Of a stretch of 46,465 nt of DNA, positions 37,471-46,465 are shown one piece after another. Made by a program: the position numbers and the translations under genes. The notes under the pieces are model-generated. The model ran no database searches. It had not been told where the DNA came from and saw nothing but the letters and a program-made list of their open reading frames with translations. This stretch comes from Chiloscyllium plagiosum (taxonomy: Eukaryota), in the NCBI RefSeq assembly GCF_004010195.1, contig NC_057718.1, positions 38,569,821 to 38,616,285 on the forward strand, written 5' to 3'. Numbering within the stretch: the stretch's first letter is position 1; every line of letters begins with the position of its first letter.

Positions 37471-38989
37471 ATGTGTTATGCATGTCACCTATTTATATAA
37501 CCATGGTAATGATAAAAGCTCCAGGGAATAACCTGACAGCATCCTTATAATACAATCATAATAATAGTTAAAATTAATGTATCTGATTTAACTTATAAAC
37601 ACAGCAATACCTGTAAAGTATTTTAGAATTAAACCAGAAACCTCGCAAGTGTTAAAAGTTTGTGTTGTAGAACACCAAGAATTATTAATGAAAATGTTTT
37701 ACTGGAAAGGTAAGTTATGTTGCTTTAGTCAGTATGGAAGTCAAACACATGACTACCTGTATTTCTTACTATCTTCTTAAAACCAGGTTTCTACAGATCT
37801 ATTACATTTAACAACAGCTGTTTTGCTAAGTTATGATAGAGTGAAAGTAAATTTAAATATTATTATACAAGAGACTAAATACTACCTAACAATATTAAAG
37901 ACAACCTCATGTATAATGTACGACTGACCCATAAAGACCATGGAAGTCCCACATTTGATCTCTGATCTGTACTGAAACAGATACAAGGTTACTACAATTT
38001 CTGCAGCATTCTCAGCTAACAAAGTTATCCAGCCTGGGTTCATACAATTAAATAATTATCTAGTATCCTTACAAAAGGTGTGTGGCTGTATCTGTTTGTG
38101 CATGAATGCCAGCAGAGAAAGGAAAATGTTGAGATTGCCTGCAGTGGCCTAAACAGTTAACTAACAAACTCACATTTGTTGCAAATAGAGATTGACCACT
38201 GGCTAAGATTCTGGACATCGTTTGGTACTTTTGGAACTGTGCTGCAGCAAGGGTAAACACTGCAAAATAGGAAACAAAATACAATAAATCCTCTGTCTCC
38301 ATAAGTCACAAATTTGCCCATCCGCGCCAAAAATAAGTAACAACAAAAATCAACATCTGCAGGCAAAAGCCAGATATCTACGATTTTTAACCAATTTTCA
38401 GCGAGCTCCGCGCTCACGAATTTCATCATTCATGGGGTTTCTCAGGAGCGAAACTATCCGGACATGGAGGAATAATCAGGGATCCCAGAATCGGGAAGGA
38501 AGGGCACAGTGAGCTACCTTTGCCCTTGCTGATGAACACCTCTTCTGCCAGCCCCTTGACCCACTCTCCACAATCCCCCTCCTGCCCTCTGTCAACTGTG
38601 ACCTAGAATCTGTGGTGCTACTAGACCTCGGCTGTATCTAGAAGCTACTCCCTCCCAGACTTGAGACTCTAGTAGACTCGCTGGCAAGACTGTAATTGTA
38701 AAGAAAACAGGTCTTTATCAGTTTTTTCATTGAGAAATACTAACAGAGTTTAAATACCACCAAGTATAGACCATGATGTATACTCTCAAAGCCTTGTTAT
38801 TCCCTTTTCCCTTGGGTTAAAATTAAGTAATGTGCCTGAAGTATGCTATGCCTATCCAGGCTATAGAATGTCCAAATTATTACATGCCCAGTTACACCAT
38901 GGCTTCGAACATAAATCCTGCATCTGGAATTTGGATGAAAAATGAGATGTGTCCTCATGTGTCCTCTCTAACACAAGCTACCTTTCTTC

Positions 38990-39480
38990 ACATCTACCCT
39001 ATCACTGAAGTAGTTTTATCTGTTACTTCAAGAGCTATTTCACCAACACCCTCTTTGCTGCTTCCCATCACCAATTTCACTCCCAATCTATTCAAATTGC
39101 AGCCATCTGACCTGCATTGTCTTCCCCACCGCCTATCTTCACCCAGCTATAATGTTTTTCAACACATTAAATTTGAAATTGTCTTTGTCCTCAAATTTCT
39201 TACTTGTCTGCACTCTCTTTTTACCTCCTTCTTATATCCCATCACACATCTTGAGGTCCTCCCTTTATGTAGCACCCTCCTGTATCCCACTGTTTGTGAC
39301 ATAGTTTTCAGCTGCCTAAGGTATACTCTCAGAACTTCCTCGTTTAATGGCTCACCGTCCTATGTCTTACTCCACCTTTAAAAATTTTTTAAAAACATAT
39401 TCTTTCCAATAATATCTTCAGTCACATTCTCATGCATTCCAAATTATCTTTCCTTCTTTTTCTGTTGAAGTGCCATTGCT
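38990..39480 (+). mobile_element. decayed L2 LINE 3' fragment
   Basis: TTCAGCTGCCTAAGG...CTCAGAACTTCCTC...CCTTTAAAAATTTTTTAAAAACATATTCTTT resembles the L2 C-terminal LWNSLP/FKxxLKTxLF region. Confidence 0.5.
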
Positions 39481-39488
39481 GTACTGAT

Positions 39489-39691
39489 TGTAATGAGGTC
39501 AGCCAGGTGGACCTCATAGAATGATTGGGATTGTTAATCTGGTATAATCAGGGACCTCTGACTGACAGATAAAAAGAGGATGTCAGACAACCTGACACTA
39601 AGAGTGGGCTCTGAGAGAGCTGAATCAGTGTTAAGAACTTTCCACATATAAATAAAAGGCGAATTAATACAGCCTCCTTGGAGTTATTTCA
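39489..39691 (+). mobile_element. solo LTR, Gypsy-like
   Basis: TGTAAT...ATTTCA ends, TATA-like GATAAAAAG, AATAAA near 39651; no clear TSD. Confidence 0.6.
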
Positions 39692-40524
39692 ATGGCATTT
39701 CCAACATTAGAGTTATAAATAAATCATTATCACTACATTTACAAATGAACAAAAGCATTCAGGAGAAGTAATTAATGGATGAGTTGGGAGTCTTAGTTAC
39801 CTGCTGGAAAGCCTACTAGAGCCTCGTTTTTGGAAGAGAGTAGCTTCGAGACCCAGCTGAAGTCTACTATCATTGTTAGATCTTAAGTCATAGTTGGAGT
39901 CATAGAGATGTATAACACGGAAACAGACCCTTCGGTCAAACTCATCCATGCCGACTAGATATCCTAAATTAATCCAGTGCTACTTACCAGCATTTGGCCC
40001 ATATCTTCTAAACCCTTCCTATTCATATACCCATCCAGATGCTTTTTAAATGTTGTAATTGTACCTGACTCCACCACTTCCTCTGACAGCTCATTCCATG
40101 CATGCACCTGCGTGAAAAAGTTGCCCCTTAGGTCCCTTTTAAATCTTTCCCCTCTCACCCTAAACCTATGCCGTCTAGTTCTGGACTCCTACACCCAGGG
40201 AAAAGACCTTGCTTATTTACCCTATCCACTCCTCATGATTTTATAAACCTCAATAAGATCAACCGCCAGCTTCCAATGCTCCAGGGAAAATAGTTCAGCC
40301 TCTCTCTGTAGCTCAAAAGCTCCAACCCTGGCAACATGCTTGTCAATCATTTCTGAACCTTTTCAAATTTCACCACATTCTTCCTATAGGAGGGAGACCA
40401 GAATTGTACACAATATTCCAAACATGGCCTGACCAATGTCCTGTACAGCTGCGACATGACCTCCCAACTCCTATACTCAATGCTCTGAACAATAAAGGAA
40501 AACATGGGCAAGCTGCTTGCAGGT

Positions 40525-40599
40525 GGGATATCTGGGTGGCATGGACGAATTGGACCGAAGGGTCTGTTTCCATGCTGCACATCTCTATGACTCTATGAC
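40525..40599 (+). mobile_element. CR1 3' tail inserted antisense within CR1
   Basis: GGATATCTGG...GGCATGGACGAATTGGACCGAAGGGTCTGTTTCC...CTCTATGACTCTATGAC. Confidence 0.85.
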
Positions 40600-41113
40600 T
40601 TCTTCACTACTCTATCTATCTGTTACTCCACTTTCAAGGAACTATGAAGCTGCATTCCAAGGTCTCGTTTTTCAGCAATCTTCCCTAGGACCCTACCATT
40701 AAGTGTATTAGTCCTGCCCTGATTTGCTTTTCCAAAATGCAGTAGCTCGCATTTATCTAAATTAAACTCCATCTACCACTCCTCAGCCCACTGGCCCATC
40801 TGATCAAGATCCTGTTGTACTCTGAGGTAACCTTCTTTGCTGTCCACTATGATGTCATCTGCAAACTTACTAACAATACCTCCTTATGTTCACATCCAAA
40901 TCATTTATATAAATAAAGAAATGCAGCCCCGATCCTTGTGGCACACCACTGGTCACAGACCTCCAGTCTGAAAGGCGACTCTCCACCACCACACTCTGTC
41001 TTCTACCTTCGAGGCAGTTCTGTATCCAAATGGCTAGTTCTCCCTGTATTCCATGTGATCTAACCTTGCTAACCAGTCCATCAGTCGAACGCCTTACTGA
41101 AGTCCATATAGAT

Positions 41114-41129
41114 GAGTCCTCACTTTCTC
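41114..41129 (+). mobile_element. 16-nt micro-insertion of the family 1 terminus
   Basis: GAGTCCTCACTTTCTC between 11-bp repeats TCCATATAGAT (41103-41113 and 41130-41140); 15 nt are the reverse complement of GAGAAAGTGAGGACT at 15527-15541. Confidence 0.75.
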
Positions 41130-41272
41130 TCCATATAGATCATGTCCACCACTCTGATCCCAAGAATGTTCTTTGTTAATTCTTCAAAAAAACTCAATAA
41201 AGTTAGCAAGACATGATTTCCCACCCACAGAGCCATGTTGACTATCCCTAATCAGACTTTTCTTTCCAAATA

Positions 41273-41446
41273 CAGAACAACCTCAATTATCCAAACAAGA
41301 TGGGCGGGGACTATTTTGTTCTGATAACTGAGAGTTTGGATAACGGGTTGTTCAGATAATGGATAGCGTTTTTACAGGACCTTGAGATCTTGTTCGGATA
41401 ATCCAAAATTCGGATAATTGATGTTCAGATAATTGAGGTTGTTCTG
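41273..41446. mobile_element. Tc1/mariner-pogo (Tigger-like) MITE, 174 bp
   Basis: Perfect 19-bp TIR CAGAACAACCTCAATTATC (25 bp with 2 mismatches); TA duplication at 41271-41272 and 41447-41448; host CR1 is restored on removal. Confidence 0.9.
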
Positions 41447-44400
41447 TACATGTAACTCCTGTCCCTCCGGATTCCCTCCAACAATTTGCCCACCACTGAC
41501 ATCAGACTCATCAGTCTATAGTTCCCTGGCTTTTTCTTATCACCTTTCTTAAATAGAGATACAACACTAGTCAACCTCCAGTCTTACAGCACCTCACCTG
41601 TGACTACTAATGATGCAAATATCTCGGCAATCATTTCCCTAGCTTCCCATAGAGATCTGGTGTACACCTGATCAGATCCTGGGCATTTATCCAGCTTTAT
41701 GCGTTTTAAGACATCCAGCATTTCTTCCTCTGTAATATGGGCATTTTTCAAGATGTCACCATCTATTTCCCCACATTCTTTATCTTCCACGTCCTTCTCC
41801 ACAGTAAACACTGATGGAAAATACTTGTTCAGTGTCTCCCCCATCTTTTGTGGTTCCACATGTAGGCAGCCCTGCTGATCTTTAAGGGGCCATATTCTCT
41901 CCCTAGTTACCCTTTTGTCCTTAATGTATTTATAAAATCCCTTTGGATTCTCCTTAACCCAATTTGCCAAAGCTATCTCGTGTCTCTTTTTGCCCTCGTG
42001 ATTTCCCTCTGAAGTATATTCCTTCTGCCTTATACTCTTCTAAGGATTCACTTGATCTCTGCTGTATAAACCTGACATATGCCCCCTTTTTCTTGACCAA
42101 AATATCAATTTATCCAGGATTCCTTACACCTACCAGCCTTGCCTGTCACCCTAACAGGAACATACTGTCTCTGGATTCTCACTATCTAATTTTTGAAGGC
42201 TTTCCATTTTCCAGCCATCCCTTTGCCTGCGAACATCTACCCCCCAATGAGCTTTTGAAAGTTCTTACCTAATACCGTCAGAATTGTTAATACCGAAAAA
42301 ATTGATCTTCCTCCAATTTAGAACTTTAACTTTTAGATCCAGTCTATCCTTTTCCATCACTATGTTAAAACTAATAGAAATAGGGTTACTGGCCCCAAAG
42401 TGCTCCCCCACTGACACCTCAGTTACTTGCTCTGTCTTATTTCCCAAGACTAGGTCATGTTTTGCATCTTCTCTAGTAGATACATCCACATACTGAATCA
42501 GAAAATGTTCTTGTACACACTTAATAAATTCCTCTCCATCTAAACCCTTAACACTATGCCAGTCCCAGTCTATGTTTGGAAAATTAAAATCCCCTACCAT
42601 AACTGCCCTCATATTCTCAGAGATAACTAAGATCTCCTTACAAATTTAAGGGATCTATAGTACAATCCCAATAAGGTGATCATCCCTTTTTTATTTCTCA
42701 GTTCAACCCAAATAACATCCCTGGACATATTCCTAAGAATATCCTCCCGAAGTACAGCCGTAATGTTATCCATTAGCAAAAACGCCATTCCCCCTCCTCT
42801 CTTACCCCCATATCCTTCCTATAGCATGTGTATCCCGGAACATTAAGCTGACAGACCTGTCCATTCCTGAGGCATGTCTCTGTAATTACTATGATATCCC
42901 AGTCTCATGTTCCTAACCATGGCCTCAGTTCATCTGCCTTTGCCCTGTTAGACCTCTTGCATTGAAATAAATGCAGTTTAATTGATCAGTCCTTCTGTGC
43001 TTTGTTCCTGCCTGCCCTGACTGACTTACTCTTTTTCCCAATTGTACCCGTCTCAAACTAATCTCTTTCCTCACTATCTCCCTGGGTCCCACACCCCACT
43101 TTACTAGTTTAAGTCCTCCTGAGCAGCTCTAGCAAATATCCCTGCCAGTATATTAGCCCCCTTTTCCAGTTTGGGTGCAATCTGTCCTTCTCATACAGAT
43201 CACATCTACCCAGAAGAGATTCCAATGATCCAAAAATGTGAACCCTTCTCCCCTGCACTAGCTCGTAGCACCGGGAGTAATCCGGATATTATTACCCTCA
43301 AATCTCCTTTTTAAATTCCTGCCTAACTTCCGATGTTCTACCTTTAGAATCTCATCTTGCCCCTTCCTATGTTGTGAGTTCCAATGTGTACAATGACCTC
43401 CTGCTGGATGCTTTCCCCTTCGAGAATATTCTGTGCTCCCTCCGAGATATCCTTTGATCCTGGCACCAGAGAGGCAACACACCATTATAATTTCTCGCTG
43501 TCAGCTGCAGAAATATCTGTCTGTGCCTCTGACTACAGAATCACCTATCATTATCGATCACTTAGAACCTGACATATCCCTTGTTACATTAGAGCCAGTG
43601 TCGTTACCAGAAACATTCTCCTGAGAGTCCATCACCTCCTACATTTTCCAAAACAGCATACTCGTTTGAGATGGGATAGCCACAGGAGACTCCTCCACGA
43701 CCTGCCTCCCTCTCCTATCTTTCCTGGAGGTAATCTATCTACATGACTGCATCTGCAGTTTTTCTCCCTACCTATAACTGCCATCCATCACAGTCCCTAG
43801 CTCCTGTAAGTTCCTCATTACCTCTAACTGCTGCTCTAACCGATCCTTGCGATCTGATAGGATTTGCAACCAAACACATTAACTGTAAATATAATCATCA
43901 GTAACATGGAAACTCTCCCTAATCTCCCACATCTGACAGGAAGACTACATCACTCTACTAAAGGCCATCTTTGCATCTTAACAGTCTACACACCCAGAAA
44001 ATACTTATTGCTCTAAAAAATGCTGCTCCAGGCTAACTTAGTACCTATGTTTTATATTTTAAAAATGTAATCAAGAGATTGAACTCAATAAAACATATAA
44101 TCAAAAAAGAACCCACACTACTCACTAGCTGACTGATGACAGGAGGGGGATTGTGGATAGTGGGTCATGGGGCTGGCAGGAGAAGGAGTTCAGTAGCAAG
44201 GGCAAAGGTAGCTCATCATGTCATCCCTTTCTAATTCTGGTAGCTCGATTAGGCATTGACTGGCTTTGATTGATGGACCATCCCAGGAGTTCAAAAGCTA
44301 CCGAGCATAGGTTCAATTGTGGTGACAGGATGCATTCCATAAGTGGGCATTCTTACCATGGACTTAATTGGGATGGAGGGAAGAGAATGGCAAGGCCATC

Positions 44401-45643
44401 TTTCTTCGACCCTCCCATCCGATTAAATACTCGCATCATCAAAGCCACCACAAGGGAGGGAATTAATTTCTAGCCCCTATTCTTATGATCTGAAACAATT
44501 GTCAGAGAAGGAACAACCTTTCCTACCATTCACAAATGAGAAAAAGAAAAGATTTCAAAGTTGTCAGAAGATAAATATCTTTTCCTGCTTTTCATGGTTG
44601 GTTACAATATTTGTTTTTGAAAAGGCAGATTCTTCCCAGCCTGTTAATTAGATATGCTATAACTATTCCATCTGCATTTGGCATCAACCCAAGTTTAAAC
44701 CACTTGGAACCAAGTTGCCAAGCAACGAACTGCACAGTCAGTGGTTCAAAGGCTCCTTCATTCTTACTGTCAATAGAACAGATTCAGGTTTAGATCTCAG
44801 TTGCCACACTCCGGCAACTGTTGTACTTGAATACTGGGAAAATCATTGTAATATCTAAGATGTTTAGACCATTATACTAAAAATTCACCATGCAAAGAAA
44901 ATGATGTCTATTGTATCAGCCTCTATTTTAGACAAAATTTTACTCAGTTCAGATCTTTCCAAACAAGATTTTAAATCTTTGGGTATATTTAATCAGTCTC
45001 CATTTGTGTGCTTTCCATCTCATAGAAAGTGCCAGTTGTTCTAAGAGCTGTCAGGCTTGCTTTGCAATCATTCAATAGGAATTGCTGTTATTCTGATGTT
45101 CACTGTTTCTGATTTTAATTTCCTGATAATGATGTATTTCCGTATTTTTAAATTCATTTAATGTGCTTGTGTGTTTGTGAATATCATCTAAATTATTGAA
45201 TGATTGACTCCTCATTGACACAATGGCTAAATTGTAACTCATATCTGATGGGCAGTAATGTAGCAGAATGGATCGTCTGCCTCGTAGAGAATGCTTAATT
45301 TTTATTACATTTTCTTTTGCTCTCCTTCGTTATATCTGTTGCAAAATAGAAAGCAAAGTTGAAGATGCCAGTAAAATAGTCTCTGTCAACCTGGTTTCTT
45401 TTGGACTATCTTAAATTTTCCTGCTTCTGTTTGGAGTATGTTTTAAGCCATCTAAAGCTACACATCGGACCTCCCTATCTGGTCACAGAAAATATCTTTC
45501 ATTTTTAAAAGAAGATAGTATTTACTATAGTAGGATTTAGAATTTTTAATTTACAAGGTTGATATAGATGAGGGAAGTCATTTAGCAGTTTTTGGCTCAT
45601 CCATCTTATTAAAAATAACAACATTCCCTTATATCAGAAGTTC

Positions 45644-46465
45644 ATCATTAAGGATGAGGTTTCTAAATTCTTGGAAGAGCAGAGTCTGATTAGAACAAGT
45701 CAACATGGATTTAGTAAAGGGAGGTCATGCCTGACAAACCTGTTGGAATTTTTTGAAGAGGTAACAAGTAGGTTAGACCAGGGAAACCCAGTGGATGTGG
45801 TCTATCTAGACTTTCAAAAGGCCTTTGATAAGGTGTCACACGGGAGGCTGCTGAGCAAGGTGAGGGCCCATGGTGTTCGAGGTGAGCTGCTGGGATGGAT
45901 TGAGGATTGGCTGTCTAACAGAAGGCAGAGAGTTGGGATAAAAGATTCTTTTTCAGAATGGCAGCCGGTGACGAGAGGTGTCCCGCAGGGTTCGGTGCTG
46001 GGGCCACAGCTGTTCGCAATATATATTAATGATTTGGATGAGGGAACCGGGGGCATTCTAGCGAAGTTTGCCGATGATACGAAGTTAGATGGACAGGCAG
46101 GTAGTACTGAGGAAGTGGGGAGGCTACAGAAGGATCTAGACAGGTTGGGAGAGTGGGCCAGGAAATGGCTGATGGAATTTAACGTGAGCAAGTGCGAGGT
46201 CTTGCACTTTGGCAAAAAGAATAAAAACATAGACTACTTTCTAAATGGTGAGAAAATTAATAAAGCCAAAGCACAAAGGGATCTGGGAGTCCTAGTCGAG
46301 GATTCTCTAAAGGTAAACATGCAGGTTGAGTCCGTGATTAAGAAAGCGAATGCAATGTTGTCTCTTATCTCAAGAAGGTTGGAATATAAAAGCAGAGATG
46401 TACCACTAAGACTTTATAAAGCTCTGGTTAGGCCCCATTTGGAGTACTATGTCCAGTTTTGGTCC
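45644..46465 (+). mobile_element. young 5'-truncated CR1 LINE, RT frame open to window end
   Basis: 274 codons without a stop: [51 protein letters not shown]. Confidence 0.95.

Larger units (their letters stand above)
39886..44127 (-). mobile_element. near full-length CR1 LINE including 5' UTR, inactivated; same subfamily as 30472-34377
   Basis: Minus strand ATGGCCTTTAGTAGAGTGATG near 43950-43968; MVCCLSGARIK, VMVGDFNFP, KENPKGFYKYIK, LYRTLVRPCLEYCVQFWSP; tail at 39886-39960. Confidence 0.95.

Noticed and set aside
38830..39381. 183-aa ORF
   Set aside because: No recognisable motif; overlaps a pyrimidine-rich decayed L2 remnant.
1..46465. CRISPR array, retron or other prokaryotic defence system
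   Set aside because: No regularly spaced repeats or operons; all RT motifs belong to eukaryotic non-LTR retrotransposons.

Overview
AT-rich, repeat-dense vertebrate DNA, not prokaryotic. The repeat complement (HE1-type tRNA SINE, many CR1 LINEs with zinc-finger/esterase ORF1, Penelope-type termini) points to a cartilaginous fish; this is my recognition, not a database result. One convincing coding exon is present, 8603-8824 (+), matching synaptotagmin-14 (SYT14). The rest is most simply SYT14 intron filled with nested CR1, Tx1/L1 and L2 LINEs, SINEs, a solo LTR and a TA-flanked MITE. Nearly all ORF-track entries are LINE fragments or spurious. The strongest signal is three families of short non-coding Penelope-like-element (PLE) derivatives carrying minimal hammerhead cores (CUGANGA-N-stem II-GAAACGUC). 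Several are fold-back insertions with 8-15 bp target-site duplications (TSDs), and one is a 16-nt micro-insertion of the terminus alone. There is also a 118-bp locally templated inverted insertion. Hammerheads in PLEs are known; whether this fold-back family is described needs a database check.
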